Part shown: positions 36,757 through 47,280 of the stretch, in pieces
How positions within the stretch are numbered: the stretch's first letter is position 1
Layout of the letters: the number at the start of each line of letters is the position of its first letter
Origin: Patescibacteria group bacterium
Lineage (GTDB): Bacteria; Patescibacteriota; Microgenomatia; UBA8517
Length of the DNA: 64,000 nucleotides
Direction of reading: 5' to 3'
Assembly (NCBI GenBank): GCA_036381415.1
Contig: DASVCV010000002.1
Location: 20,091-84,090 of the forward strand
Notes under the pieces: generated by a model
What the model was told of the DNA's origin: nothing
The model's input: only the letters and a program-made list of their open reading frames with translations
Databases searched by the model: none
Translations under genes and position numbers: made by a program

Positions 36757-38658
36757 ATGGCAAAAATAGTAGGAATTGATTTAGGAACAACAAATTCAGT
36801 AGTTGCTGTTATGGAGGGAGGACGACCTAAGGTTATCCCTGCAGCTGATACTGGACGAAATATTACTCCATCTGTGGTTGAACCAATTAAGAATTTGGTT
36901 GGGGATGTTGCCAAAAGGCAAATGATTCTTAACTCCAAAAATACAATTTATTCTATTAAAAGGATAATGGGAAGAAGAATTGATGATCCTGAAACTAAAA
37001 GAACTATTGAGATGGTCCCTTACAAAGTTAAATCAGGTAAGGCAAGCATGGCAGTTGTTGAAGTAGATGGAAAAACTTTTACTCCTCAAGAAATCTCTGC
37101 AAGAATTTTGATGAAATTAAAGAAAGATGCAGAAGGGTACTTGGGAGAAAAAGTAACACAAGCTGTTATAACAGTTCCAGCTTACTTTGATGATGCTCAA
37201 AGGCAAGCAACAAAACAGGCAGGAGAAATTGCTGGATTTAAAGTAGAAAGAATAATTAATGAGCCAACTGCAGCAGCTTTGGCATATGGACTTGATAAAA
37301 AGAATGCACAAAAGATTGCTGTTTATGATTTGGGAGGAGGAACTTTTGATATATCTGTACTTGAATTAGGAGATGGAGTATTTGAGGTAAAGGCAACTAA
37401 TGGAGATACACACTTAGGAGGAGATGACTTTGATGCAAAGATTGTTGACTATATAGTAGATGAATTTAAGAAAGAAAATGGAGTTGATTTAAAGAAAGAT
37501 GCACAGGCACTTCAAAGAGTAAGAGATGCTGCGGAAAGAGCAAAGATAGAACTGTCTGCAAGCGAGGAAGTAGAAATAAACCAACCTTACATTACTCAGC
37601 AAGATGGACAGCCACTTCATTTAACAATGAAATTAACTAGGGCAAAGCTTGAGAGCTTGGTTGGTGATTTAATTCAAAAGACAATTGACCCAGTAAAGGC
37701 TTGCTTAAAAGATGCAAAGATTGATGTAAAAGATATTGATGAAGTGGTCTTGGTTGGAGGGATGACAAGAATGCCTAAGGTAATTGAAGCTGTTAAAGAC
37801 TTCTTTGGAAAAGAACCAAATAAAAGTGTAAATCCAGATGAAGTAGTTGCAATTGGAGCTGCAATTCAAGGAGGAGTATTAGGAGGAGAAGTAAAAGATA
37901 TATTACTGCTTGATGTTACTCCATTAACTTTGGCAATTGAGACACTTGGAAGAGTAGCTACTCCAATGATTCCAAGAAATACAACAGTGCCTGCAAGCAA
38001 AACTGAAGTATTTTCAACTGCAGCTGATAATCAGACACAAGTAGAAATTCATATTACACAAGGAGAAAGACCAATGGCAGCTGACAACAAATCTCTTGGA
38101 AGATTTACACTTGATGGAATTCCACCAGCTCCAAGAGGAGTGCCTCAAATTGAAGTTACTTTTGATATTGATGCATCAGGAATACTTAAAGTAACTGCAA
38201 AGGATAAAGCAACTGGAAAGAGTCAAAATATTACAATTTCTGGAGCTGTTGGATTATCTGATGAAGAGGTAAAGAAAATGCAGACTGATGCAGAAAAGCA
38301 CAAAGAAGAGGATGAAAAGAAATCAGAATTGATTAAGGCAAAAAATGCAGCAGAAGGACTAGTTGCTACTGCTGAAAAAGCTTTAAAGGATGCAGGAGAC
38401 AAAGTTCCAGCAGATGTAAAAGAAAAAGTAGAAGAGAAAATAAAAGCTGTTAATGAGGTAAAAGAGAAAGACAACAAGGAAGAAATTGAAGCAAAGACAA
38501 AAGAATTATCTGAAACTCTTTCTCAGGTTGGACAGGCAATGTATGGACAGCAGGGTGCACAAGGACAGCCAAACTCTGAACCACAAGGTGAAGAACCAAA
38601 AGAAGAAAAAAAGAAAAAGAATGAAGGAAAAGTGGAAGAGGGAGAAGTAGTAGAATAA
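36757..38658 (+). CDS. dnaK: Chaperone DnaK
   Basis: [42 protein letters not shown]. Confidence 0.99.
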   Translation: MAKIVGIDLGTTNSVVAVMEGGRPKVIPAADTGRNITPSVVEPIKNLVGDVAKRQMILNSKNTIYSIKRIMGRRIDDPETKRTIEMVPYKVKSGKASMAVVEVDGKTFTPQEISARILMKLKKDAEGYLGEKVTQAVITVPAYFDDAQRQATKQAGEIAGFKVERIINEPTAAALAYGLDKKNAQKIAVYDLGGGTFDISVLELGDGVFEVKATNGDTHLGGDDFDAKIVDYIVDEFKKENGVDLKKDAQALQRVRDAAERAKIELSASEEVEINQPYITQQDGQPLHLTMKLTRAKLESLVGDLIQKTIDPVKACLKDAKIDVKDIDEVVLVGGMTRMPKVIEAVKDFFGKEPNKSVNPDEVVAIGAAIQGGVLGGEVKDILLLDVTPLTLAIETLGRVATPMIPRNTTVPASKTEVFSTAADNQTQVEIHITQGERPMAADNKSLGRFTLDGIPPAPRGVPQIEVTFDIDASGILKVTAKDKATGKSQNITISGAVGLSDEEVKKMQTDAEKHKEEDEKKSELIKAKNAAEGLVATAEKALKDAGDKVPADVKEKVEEKIKAVNEVKEKDNKEEIEAKTKELSETLSQVGQAMYGQQGAQGQPNSEPQGEEPKEEKKKKNEGKVEEGEVVE

Positions 38659-38666
38659 AATAGGGC

Positions 38667-39533
38667 ATGGCGGCCAAATCAGACTACTATGACATCCTTG
38701 GTGTCTCCAAAAATGCTTCAGCTGATGAAATAAAAAAAGCTTACAGAAAGCAAGCTTTAGAGTGGCATCCTGACAAACATCCTACAGAAAAAGATGCTGC
38801 TGAAAAAAGATTCAAAGAAATAAATGAGGCATATCAGATTCTTTCTGATACTTCTAAAAGACAAGCATATGATCAGTTTGGACATGATGCTTTTGCACCA
38901 GGTGGAGCAGGAGCTAGACAAGGGGGTTTTCAGGGAAATCCTTTTGGAGGTGGGGGACCATTTACGTATACTTATACAAATTCTGGTGGTGGGCAGAATC
39001 CTTTTGGAAATTTTGATTTTGGAGATCCATTTGATATTTTTGAACAATTCTTTGGAGGAGGGAGACAAAACAGAGTTCCTAGATACAGCATGACAATTGA
39101 CTTCATGGAAGCAATTAATGGAACTGAGAAAACAGTTGATATAGAAGGCAAGCGTCGTACAATAAAGATACCTGCTGGAGTAGAGGAGGGATCTAGAATT
39201 AACTTTAATGACTTTACTTTGTCTGTAAATATCCGGCCTCATGAAATTTTTGAAAGAGATGGAGCTGATATTTATGTTAGATTTGATATTCCTTTTTCTA
39301 TTGCAGCCCTTGGCGGAACTGTTAAAGTTCCTACAGTTGATGGAGATTTAGCAGTAAAAATAAGACCAGGGACTCAGTCAGGAATACTTGTAAGACTTAG
39401 AGGGAAAGGAGCAACTCACTTGAGAGGACGCGGACGAGGTGATGAGTATGTCAGAATTAATGTTGCAGTTCCCTCTCACCTATCAAGAAGCCAAAAGAGT
39501 TTGGTTGAGGAAATGAAGGAAGAAGGATTATAA
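38667..39533 (+). CDS. dnaJ: DnaJ-family chaperone lacking the zinc finger (class B)
   Basis: J domain with HPD, G/F-rich region, DIF motif, C-terminal domain; no CxxCxGxG repeats. Confidence 0.9.
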   Translation: MAAKSDYYDILGVSKNASADEIKKAYRKQALEWHPDKHPTEKDAAEKRFKEINEAYQILSDTSKRQAYDQFGHDAFAPGGAGARQGGFQGNPFGGGGPFTYTYTNSGGGQNPFGNFDFGDPFDIFEQFFGGGRQNRVPRYSMTIDFMEAINGTEKTVDIEGKRRTIKIPAGVEEGSRINFNDFTLSVNIRPHEIFERDGADIYVRFDIPFSIAALGGTVKVPTVDGDLAVKIRPGTQSGILVRLRGKGATHLRGRGRGDEYVRINVAVPSHLSRSQKSLVEEMKEEGL

Positions 39534-39548
39534 AGGTTTAGTTTTTTT

Positions 39549-39782
39549 CTAACGGGATAAATCTTCTACGGCAGAGTAATTTTCTATAAGTTGATCTAAC
39601 TCCTCATGAAGCTTGGCAATAAATTGCTGGTCTGGTTCTATGCTTTCATATTTTTTAAGCATTTCGACTGCCTTTCCATAATCTTGCCAGTTTTCATCTG
39701 TTGGATTTTTTTCGACACTAAGACTTTTTGCCCAAACATTTAAGTAAAGAGAAAGAGGGTATATTTTTCGTTCGTTGTTCAT
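39549..39782 (-). CDS. Small hypothetical protein, paralog 3 of a tandem trio
   Basis: Aligns to the two adjacent ORFs; TAGAAT-N6-ATG upstream. Confidence 0.65.
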   Translation of the reverse strand: MNNERKIYPLSLYLNVWAKSLSVEKNPTDENWQDYGKAVEMLKKYESIEPDQQFIAKLHEELDQLIENYSAVEDLSR

Positions 39783-39833
39783 TGATTTATTCTAACACTT
39801 GAGTAAAGGTGTGTCTTTATGGATGTGTAAAAT

Positions 39834-40058
39834 TTATTTTTTGTCTAGAGGTGGGTAGTACTCAGGCATTTCCTTCATTAGCTCACTTACTATTGACATA
39901 CTTCCCTCACCTATTTGAAAGTCATGTACTATTTTTCTTGCCCTAATTAGGGCATCATGATTTTTTGGGGTTTGGCTTTCATGATATGCGCGGGATTTTA
40001 TTCCTAGATAAATTCTGACTGCCTCTGGAATTGTGTTTGCATGCTCTTTTCCGGGCAT
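39834..40058 (-). CDS. Small hypothetical protein, paralog 2 of a tandem trio
   Basis: IYL..IVHDF..GEG..EL..MPEY aligns with its neighbour. Confidence 0.68.
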   Translation of the reverse strand: MPGKEHANTIPEAVRIYLGIKSRAYHESQTPKNHDALIRARKIVHDFQIGEGSMSIVSELMKEMPEYYPPLDKK

Positions 40059-40064
40059 AAATAA

Positions 40065-40301
40065 TTATAGTTCTTTGTTGATTTTTGCTCTTTGTTCTTG
40101 ATATCCAGGCATGTTTTTAGCAAGTTCTTCATCCATTCTTCTAATGATTTCAGGGTCTCCTTTTCCTTCCTCAAAGTCTCTAACAATATTAAGTGTTTCA
40201 TCAAGAGATCTTTTATTCTCAGCGGTTGGGTCTTTGTCGAACACACTTAACCTGGCAAGAAGATAAATTTGAGCTACAAGAGGTACGTCTCTAAAAGGCA
40301 T
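40065..40301 (-). CDS. Small hypothetical protein, paralog 1 of a tandem trio
   Basis: IYL..DPTAEN..IVRDF..GKG..EEL..MPGY; start moved to ATG 40301, 7 nt after TATAAT. Confidence 0.68.
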   Translation of the reverse strand: MPFRDVPLVAQIYLLARLSVFDKDPTAENKRSLDETLNIVRDFEEGKGDPEIIRRMDEELAKNMPGYQEQRAKINKEL

Positions 40302-40330
40302 ATAAAAGATTATAGCAGTCTTTTCCAAGT

Positions 40331-40359
40331 TTGACTTCCTTGGAGCCTTGAGCTAGAAT
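40331..40359 (+). promoter_or_regulatory. nusA promoter
   Basis: TTGACT-N17-TAGAAT. Confidence 0.75.
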
Positions 40360-40384
40360 ATCTCCAGGTTATTAGAGAAGGGTT

Positions 40385-40412
40385 TGGTGGGCATGTCCCA
40401 CCATTTTTTTTA
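40385..40412 (+). terminator. nusA leader terminator/attenuator hairpin
   Basis: TGGTGGG-CATGT-CCCACCA followed by a T9 run, 8 nt upstream of the nusA ATG. Confidence 0.8.
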
Positions 40413-40420
40413 GAAATAAT

Positions 40421-41572
40421 ATGGCACAACAAACAGCTAGAACAGAATTTGCACAAGCTCTTAAGGCAGTAGCTACAGAGAGGGGCTTAGATGCAGAAGT
40501 AATAATAGATACTATTAAACAGGCAATTATTGCAGCTTATAAAAGGGATGCAAGAGATGCTGGTGTTGAGACAGAGGAAATGGATTATGATGTTGATCTT
40601 CATTCAGTAACTGGAGAAACTAAAGTTTATGGATTTCCAATAGGAAAACCTGAAGAAAAGAAAGATGTGACACCTCCTGGATTTGGAAGAATTGCAGCAC
40701 AAACTGCAAAGCAAGTTATTCATCAGAAAATAAGAGAAGCAGAAAAGGGGGCAATTATGAGTGAGTTTAGCGGAAGAGTAGGAACCTTAATTTCTGGAAT
40801 GGTACTTAGATTTGATGGACCAAATGTAAAGGTTGATGTAGGCAGAGCTGAAGCTATTATGCCAACTGAAGAAAGAGTTCCTACTGAGAGACTATCTTTA
40901 AATCAAAGACTAACCTTCTACCTTAAAGGAATTGAGGAAGGACCAAGAGGAAAAAGAATTATTTTATCTAGGGCTGATCCTGAATTTGTAAAAAAGCTTT
41001 TTGCCCGTGAAGTCCCTGAAATTGCATCAGGATCTGTTGAAATTAGAGAAATTGCAAGAGAAGCTGGAGTAAGAACAAAGATTGCAGTCTTTTCTAACCA
41101 ACCAGGAGTTGATCCTGTAGGATCTTGTGTTGGACAAAAAGGAGTAAGAGTTCAGGCAGTTACTAATGAATTAAATGGTGAAAGAGTTGATATTATTCCT
41201 TGGAACAGTGATGCAAAGGAATATGTTAAAGCAGCTTTAGCACCTGTTGAAATACTTACTATTAAGCTTGATAAAAAGGCAAAAATTGCAAAGATTAAAG
41301 TGCCTGAGGATCAGCTTTCACTTGCCATAGGACGTGAGGGACAAAATGTGAGGCTTGCCGGCCAACTTACTAATTGGAAAATTGACATAGAAGGAGATGT
41401 CGTTAAATCAAAAGACAAAGAAGAGAAAAAGGAAGAAGAAAAAGTGGAAGAGAAGGAAGAAAAGGTAGAATCAAAGGTAGAGGAAGTGGAGAAAAAAGAA
41501 GCAGTAGTGGAAGATAGTAAAAAAGATCAGAAAACAAGGACTGAAGAAGTTAAGCCTGAGAGCGAAAAATGA
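40421..41572 (+). CDS. nusA: Transcription factor NusA
   Basis: FGRIAAQTAKQVI, S1 domain, AREAGVRTKIAV, LSLAIGREGQNVRLA. Confidence 0.97.
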   Translation: MAQQTARTEFAQALKAVATERGLDAEVIIDTIKQAIIAAYKRDARDAGVETEEMDYDVDLHSVTGETKVYGFPIGKPEEKKDVTPPGFGRIAAQTAKQVIHQKIREAEKGAIMSEFSGRVGTLISGMVLRFDGPNVKVDVGRAEAIMPTEERVPTERLSLNQRLTFYLKGIEEGPRGKRIILSRADPEFVKKLFAREVPEIASGSVEIREIAREAGVRTKIAVFSNQPGVDPVGSCVGQKGVRVQAVTNELNGERVDIIPWNSDAKEYVKAALAPVEILTIKLDKKAKIAKIKVPEDQLSLAIGREGQNVRLAGQLTNWKIDIEGDVVKSKDKEEKKEEEKVEEKEEKVESKVEEVEKKEAVVEDSKKDQKTRTEEVKPESEK

Positions 41573-41679
41573 AAAAAAGCATGGTAGTTACTACTTTTTG
41601 TACCTCTTAATTTAAGGCTTTAACATCTTTGACGCCTTGAAAGTTTTCTTTTTAATTTTGTTTTTTAGTTGTATTTAAT

Positions 41680-43065
41680 ATGGAAATATCAAGAGCACCA
41701 ATAGTAGTAGTTTTAGGGCATGTTGATCATGGTAAAACATCCTTACTGGATGCTGTTAGAAAAACCAATGTAACAGCAAGGGAGGCAGGAGGAATTACTC
41801 AGAAAATAGGAGCTTCAGAGATTAAAACAAAAGATGGTAAAAAGATAACTTTCATTGATACTCCAGGACATGCATTATTTTCTGCAATGAGGCTTAGAGG
41901 AGCAAAATATGCTGATATTGCTCTACTTATAGTTGCAGGAGATGATGGAGTTGCTCCACAAACCAAAGAGGCACTTACTATTATTAGAGAAGAAAAAATT
42001 CCTTTTATAGTTGTAATTACTAAAACAGATTTACCAACAGCTTCTACTGAAACAGCTTTGCAGCAATTAGAAAAAGAAGGAGTTTACTTTGAAAAAAGAG
42101 GGGGAGATACTTCCTATATAGAAGTATCTGCAAAAACAGGTAAAGGAATTGAGGATTTACTTGATTTAATTAGTTTGGTTTCTGAAGTAAGTGATGTTAA
42201 GTCAGATCCTGAAGGAGAATTATCAGCTACTGTTCTTGAAACAAGTAAAGATAAAAAAGGACTTTTGGTGTCAGTTGTTGTAATAAATGGAAAATTGAAA
42301 GTTGGAGATACAGTATATGCTGGAAAAATTGAAGGCAAAATTAAGGGATTATTTAATGATTTAGGGAAAGCTGTAAAAGAATTAAATCCAGGTGAGCCAG
42401 GTCAAATTCTAGGATTTTCAGAACTAGCTCCAACTGGTGCAACTATTAAATCAAAGCCATATGAAATAAATGAAAATTTATCTAGAACTAATGGAGAAAA
42501 AGAATCAAGAGTAAAGATTTATGTGAAGGCAAAGACAGCTGGAGGTTTGGAAGCATTAATTGGAAACCTGCCAAAAGGAGTGTATGTAGTAGGATCCAGT
42601 GTTGGAGATTTAAATGAAAATGATGTTTTTTTGGCAAAAGCAGCTGATGCATCTATTTTTATCTTTGAGGCAAAAACACCATCTTCTGTTTCAAAACTAG
42701 CAGATACTGAAGGAGTAGCTATTGAAAGATTTGATATTATTTATGCCTTAATTGAGAGGCTGACTGATCTTGTTACTTCAGGAGAAACAAAGATTTTAGG
42801 AAGAGCACAGGTAGTTGCCTCATTTCCATTTAATGGAAAGAAAGTGGCAGGATGCAAGGTTGTTGAGGGGGTTATTAAAAAGCAGGATAGACTAGAACTT
42901 CAAAGGGGAGAATCTACTATAGGTAGTGTAAGAGTTACTTCAATTAGAAAGCAAAAAGATGAAGTAAACCAGGTAAGACAAGGGGAAGAATGCGGAATAT
43001 TATTTGAGCCTCAGCTTGATTTTAAAGTGGCTGATATGTTACTATCGGTTTCCAAAAGGCCATAA
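41680..43065 (+). CDS. infB: Translation initiation factor IF-2 (lacking the N-terminal domain)
   Basis: GHVDHGKT, EAGGITQ, DTPGH, C-terminal AGCKV..GEECGI. Confidence 0.95.
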   Translation: MEISRAPIVVVLGHVDHGKTSLLDAVRKTNVTAREAGGITQKIGASEIKTKDGKKITFIDTPGHALFSAMRLRGAKYADIALLIVAGDDGVAPQTKEALTIIREEKIPFIVVITKTDLPTASTETALQQLEKEGVYFEKRGGDTSYIEVSAKTGKGIEDLLDLISLVSEVSDVKSDPEGELSATVLETSKDKKGLLVSVVVINGKLKVGDTVYAGKIEGKIKGLFNDLGKAVKELNPGEPGQILGFSELAPTGATIKSKPYEINENLSRTNGEKESRVKIYVKAKTAGGLEALIGNLPKGVYVVGSSVGDLNENDVFLAKAADASIFIFEAKTPSSVSKLADTEGVAIERFDIIYALIERLTDLVTSGETKILGRAQVVASFPFNGKKVAGCKVVEGVIKKQDRLELQRGESTIGSVRVTSIRKQKDEVNQVRQGEECGILFEPQLDFKVADMLLSVSKRP

Positions 43066-43067
43066 GT

Positions 43068-43901
43068 ATGGACAAATCATTTAAAAGACTAGTAGATGCA
43101 GCTAAATCAGTATTGATCTTACTTCCAACCAACCCAGTTTTTGATCAAGTAGCTGCAGGATTGGCTCTTTACTTAGCATTAACTGACACCAAAGGAGTTA
43201 ATGTTGCATGCTCTTCTGACATGCTTGTTGAGTTTAATAGGTTAATTGGTGTTAATAAAATTAAAAAGGAATTAGGAAATAAAAACTTAACAATAACTTT
43301 GGCTGGATATAACCCAGATAATATTGAAAAGGTTTCATATGATTTGGAAGAAAATGGAGAAATGAAGCTTAATGTTATTACCAAAGCTGATGGAGTTCCC
43401 CCAACTGCAGATCAAGTTAAACTTGTATTTACTGGAATTGCAGCTGACTTAATAATTTTGATTGGAGGTCAGCAGGGAAGTGATTTTCCAGAGCTTTCAA
43501 ATAAAGATTTGGCTGACAAGAAAGTGGTTCATATTGGAACTAGTGAGGTTAGAGTTGAAGGAAGAGATACTATCTCTTTTGCAAGACCAGCATCAAGTGT
43601 TTCAGAATTAATGGGAAGTTTAATTAAAGAAAGCGGGTTTCCAGTTGATGCAGATGCTGCAACTAACTTAGTAATGGGAATTGAAGAAGGAAGCAGAAAC
43701 TTTACTTCAAAAGATACCACTGCAGATACATTTGCAATGATTGCAGATTTAATGAAATTGGGTGGAAAAAGAATTACAGAAGCACAAATTCCAGGAAGGA
43801 ATTTTCCACCTGGAGCAATACCAGGAGAAGTTCCTCAGTCAGGACAAGCAGCACCTCAATCTTGGATGGAACCAAAGATATATAAAGGTACTTCAGTCTA
43901 A
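43068..43901 (+). CDS. Degenerate DHH-family (NrnA-like) protein
   Basis: ASSVSEL and ATNLVMGI..NF..TTADTF resemble the DHH core; DxD and DHH catalytic motifs are absent; follows infB. Confidence 0.6.
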   Translation: MDKSFKRLVDAAKSVLILLPTNPVFDQVAAGLALYLALTDTKGVNVACSSDMLVEFNRLIGVNKIKKELGNKNLTITLAGYNPDNIEKVSYDLEENGEMKLNVITKADGVPPTADQVKLVFTGIAADLIILIGGQQGSDFPELSNKDLADKKVVHIGTSEVRVEGRDTISFARPASSVSELMGSLIKESGFPVDADAATNLVMGIEEGSRNFTSKDTTADTFAMIADLMKLGGKRITEAQIPGRNFPPGAIPGEVPQSGQAAPQSWMEPKIYKGTSV

Positions 43902-43921
43902 CTTGATAAGAAGCTGTTGGT

Positions 43922-44473
43922 TTATTTCTGTAAAGTGATGTCTTTTGCTCCACTTTTAAGAGCTATTTGAACAATTTGTTCTAAATCGGTATTTTTTATA
44001 TCTGGTCCTATAGAATCTGGAATTTTCAGTGAGATGTCTTGGGTTGCTTTAAAAGTGCCGTTTTCTTGTTGGACAACATAGAAGGTGTGTATTTCCGGTT
44101 CGACACCGGGAAGTATTTCTGACAGGCTCTGAGAGAAAGCCGTGATCTTTTGTTCTACGTCTATTTTTGAAGCAGTTAAAGTGCTTTGGGTGGAGGTAAG
44201 AACAAAATTTATCATAACTGTTTTTGTGGGTTCAGGGGGAGTTGTTGGTGATGGGGTTGGTAGACTGTATGGTATTGGTATTGCAGTGGCTTGAGCTGTT
44301 GTACTTGTAGAGGAATTGTTTTGAAGTTTTCTTGATAGATAATCAATGCCTGACCCTATTAGGAAGAGGGCAAGAAGGGAAAGAATAAGTGTAATCCCTG
44401 CTGTTATCCCCCATTTGGCATATGATGAAGTAACGACTTTTTTGAAAGTATTTCTTATTCTTCTAAAGGCCAT
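43922..44473 (-). CDS. Hypothetical single-TM protein with P/T linker
   Basis: N-terminal TM, PTPSPTTPP linker, small alpha/beta domain. Confidence 0.6.
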   Translation of the reverse strand: MAFRRIRNTFKKVVTSSYAKWGITAGITLILSLLALFLIGSGIDYLSRKLQNNSSTSTTAQATAIPIPYSLPTPSPTTPPEPTKTVMINFVLTSTQSTLTASKIDVEQKITAFSQSLSEILPGVEPEIHTFYVVQQENGTFKATQDISLKIPDSIGPDIKNTDLEQIVQIALKSGAKDITLQK

Positions 44474-44519
44474 ATTACTATCCTTGTTATTCTTTAGATA
44501 TTATGATATTATAGCCAAG

Positions 44520-44564
44520 ATGTAAACAAGGTTTACTTTGGAATAAGCCTACTTTGTTTAACAT
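44520..44564 (+). promoter_or_regulatory. Structured rpsO 5' leader (candidate S15 autoregulatory RNA)
   Basis: ATGTAAACAA pairs with TTGTTTA(A)CAT, enclosing an inner GGTTTA/TAAGCC stem; ends 6 nt before the rpsO ATG. Confidence 0.5.
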
Positions 44565-44570
44565 GACTAT

Positions 44571-44837
44571 ATGGCACTACCAACAGACGAGAAGCAAAAG
44601 ATAATTAAGAAGTTTGCCAGAGAGAAAGGCGATACAGGATCTCCTGAAGTACAAATAGCCTTACTTTCTGCACAGATAGATAAATTAGTAGGTCATTTGA
44701 ATGAACATGCAAAAGATGTACATTCAAGACGCGGACTACTTTCAATGGTAGCTAAAAGAAGAAGACTTTTGAGTTATCTTCAAAAGCGAGATAAAGCTCG
44801 ACACGAAGCTCTAAAGAAAGAGCTTGGTTTAAAGTAA
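44571..44837 (+). CDS. rpsO: 30S ribosomal protein S15
   Basis: [12 protein letters not shown] and [19 protein letters not shown]. Confidence 0.98.
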   Translation: MALPTDEKQKIIKKFAREKGDTGSPEVQIALLSAQIDKLVGHLNEHAKDVHSRRGLLSMVAKRRRLLSYLQKRDKARHEALKKELGLK

Positions 44838-44867
44838 TATTAAAATAGAAAATATATACATAAATAA

Positions 44868-47258
44868 ATGACAGAAGTTTCAAAAAGTATTGAGTTAGGC
44901 GGAAGAACACTTACACTTTCCACAGGAAAATTAGCACAACAGGCAAATGCAGCAGTAATGGCCAGATATGGTGACACAGTTGTTTTTGCAACTGTAGTTT
45001 CCTCAGCTCCAAAAGAAGATTTAGGGTATTTTCCTTTAACAGTTGATTATCAAGAGAGACTTTATGCAGGAGGAAGAATTAAAGGATCTAGGTGGGTTAA
45101 AAGAGAAGGAAGACCAACTGATGAAGAAATACTTGCTGCAAGATTAATTGACCGCTCAATTCGTCCTCTTTTCCCATCAACTTATAAAAACGAAGTACAG
45201 GTAATTGTTATGGTTTTGTCAGTGGACATTGAGAATGATCCATCAATTTTGGCAGCTGTAGCAACTTCAGCAGCACTTTCAATTTCATCCATACCTTGGA
45301 ATGGACCAGTTGCACCGGTAAAGGTAGGTCTTAAGGATGGAACTGCTTTTATTAATCCAGTTGAGTCTGAACTTAAATATTCTGATTTAGATTTAGTTGT
45401 AACTTCAACTGCTGAGTCAGTTGTGATGATTGAGGCAGGAGCAAAGGAAGTAACTGAAGAAGAAGTTGCAAAGGCAATTGATTTTGCTAAGGCAGAAGGA
45501 GGCAAAGTAATTGATTTAATTAATGACTTTAAGAAAGAGGTAGGAAAAGAAAAGCAAGTTGCTCCTAAAGAGAAGAAAAATCCAGAACTTGTAAAAAGAG
45601 TAAAGAAATTAGTTGGAACTAAATTAGAGAGTTTGGTAGGAGATATGGCACTTCATGAAGGTGGAGATGCAGGTATGGCAGCATTCCAGCAAGCAATAGT
45701 TGCTGACATGAGCCGCGAAGAGGCTGGAGAGGCACTTTCAATTTTAGAAGAATTAATTCATGAAAAAACCCGTGAGATAATTTTGGCTGGTGGAAGGCCA
45801 GATGGACGTAAGCATGATCAAATTAGAAATTTGTCTGCTGAAGTAGGAATACTTCCTAGAACACATGGATCAGCAATATTTAAGAGAGGACAAACACAAG
45901 CTCTTACTGTAACAACACTTGGTGCACTTTCCTTGGGGCAATTAATTGAAACTGCAGAAGGAGAAGAAACAAAAAGATATATACATCATTATTCTATGCC
46001 TCCTTATGCAACAGGAGAAACAGGAAGATTTGGAAATCCATCAAGACGTGAAATAGGACATGGAGCACTTGCTGAAAGGGCACTCTTGCCTGTTATCCCA
46101 TCTGAAGATAAATTCCCATATGCAATTAGAGTTGTATCAGAAGTAATGAGTTCTAATGGATCAACTTCAATGGCATCAACTTGCGGATCAACTCTTTCAT
46201 TGATGGATGCTGGAGTTCCACTAACATCACCTGTTGCTGGAATTGCAATGGGAGTTGTTATTGAAAATGACAAAAAATATGCAATCTTAACTGACATTGT
46301 TGGATTTGAAGATCATATGGGAGATATGGATTTCAAAGTTGCTGGAACTGAAAAAGGAATTACAGCATTACAGCTTGATGTAAAAACATTGAAGCTTACT
46401 CCAAAAATACTTTCTGAAGCACTTACACAGGCAAAAGAGGCAAGACTTGAAATTATGGAAGTTATTAAAGGAGCAATATCAAAACCTAGGGCACAGGTTT
46501 CCCAATATGCACCTAAAGTAGCAATGGTTAAAGTTGCAGTAGATCAAATTGGGGAAGTAATTGGGTCTGGTGGAAAGACAATTAAGAAGATAATTGCTGA
46601 CACTGGAGCTCAGGTTGAAATGCAAGATGATGGAACAGTAAATATTTCAGGAATCAGCCAGGAATCAATTGATAAAGCAGTTGAGATTGTTAAGAACCTA
46701 ACTAAGAAAGTACAAGCTGGAGAAATATATGATGGAACAGTTGCAAGAATCCAACCTTTTGGAGCATTCGTAGAAATACTTCCTGGAAAAGATGGAATGG
46801 TACATGTTTCTGATATGGGTCAAGAAGGACAGTATGTTAATACTCCAGAAGATGTTGTAAAAATTGGAGATAAAGTAAAAGTAAGAGTAAAGGAAGTAGA
46901 TGCAATGGGAAGAATTAATCTTTCTATGAGAATGGATCCATCTACTGATAAAAAGATAGAAAGAAGACCAAGTAGCGGAGGAGATAGAGGTGGAAGAGGA
47001 GGATTTGGTGGAGATAGAAGAGGTGGGTTTGGAGGAGACAGACGTGGTGGATTTAGTAGAGGTGGAGATAGAGGAGGATTTAGAGGAAGAGAAGGAGGAG
47101 ATAGAGGAGGATTTGGTGGAGATAGAGGTGGAGCAAGATCATCTGGACCACATTTTCCTACAAGTAGATTTGTATCAGGCGGCAGAGGTGGAGATAGAAG
47201 AGGTGGCGGACGAGGTGGAAACGACAGAGGCGGACGCGGGGGATTTAGAGGCGAGTAA
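44868..47258 (+). CDS. pnp: Polyribonucleotide nucleotidyltransferase with RGG-rich tail
   Basis: [44 protein letters not shown] and S1 domains. Confidence 0.98.
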   Translation: MTEVSKSIELGGRTLTLSTGKLAQQANAAVMARYGDTVVFATVVSSAPKEDLGYFPLTVDYQERLYAGGRIKGSRWVKREGRPTDEEILAARLIDRSIRPLFPSTYKNEVQVIVMVLSVDIENDPSILAAVATSAALSISSIPWNGPVAPVKVGLKDGTAFINPVESELKYSDLDLVVTSTAESVVMIEAGAKEVTEEEVAKAIDFAKAEGGKVIDLINDFKKEVGKEKQVAPKEKKNPELVKRVKKLVGTKLESLVGDMALHEGGDAGMAAFQQAIVADMSREEAGEALSILEELIHEKTREIILAGGRPDGRKHDQIRNLSAEVGILPRTHGSAIFKRGQTQALTVTTLGALSLGQLIETAEGEETKRYIHHYSMPPYATGETGRFGNPSRREIGHGALAERALLPVIPSEDKFPYAIRVVSEVMSSNGSTSMASTCGSTLSLMDAGVPLTSPVAGIAMGVVIENDKKYAILTDIVGFEDHMGDMDFKVAGTEKGITALQLDVKTLKLTPKILSEALTQAKEARLEIMEVIKGAISKPRAQVSQYAPKVAMVKVAVDQIGEVIGSGGKTIKKIIADTGAQVEMQDDGTVNISGISQESIDKAVEIVKNLTKKVQAGEIYDGTVARIQPFGAFVEILPGKDGMVHVSDMGQEGQYVNTPEDVVKIGDKVKVRVKEVDAMGRINLSMRMDPSTDKKIERRPSSGGDRGGRGGFGGDRRGGFGGDRRGGFSRGGDRGGFRGREGGDRGGFGGDRGGARSSGPHFPTSRFVSGGRGGDRRGGGRGGNDRGGRGGFRGE
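46975..47255 (+). repeat. Low-complexity coding repeat (GGDR/RGGF) at the pnp 3' end
   Basis: Imperfect repeats of ggagatagaggtgga / ggtggatttggt, in frame. Confidence 0.85.
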
Positions 47259-47280
47259 CTTCATGATATAGTGAGATAGT

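Noticed and set aside
41573-41679. Possible small gene or RNA between nusA and infB
   Set aside because: No convincing start-to-stop ORF or stable structure on either strand.
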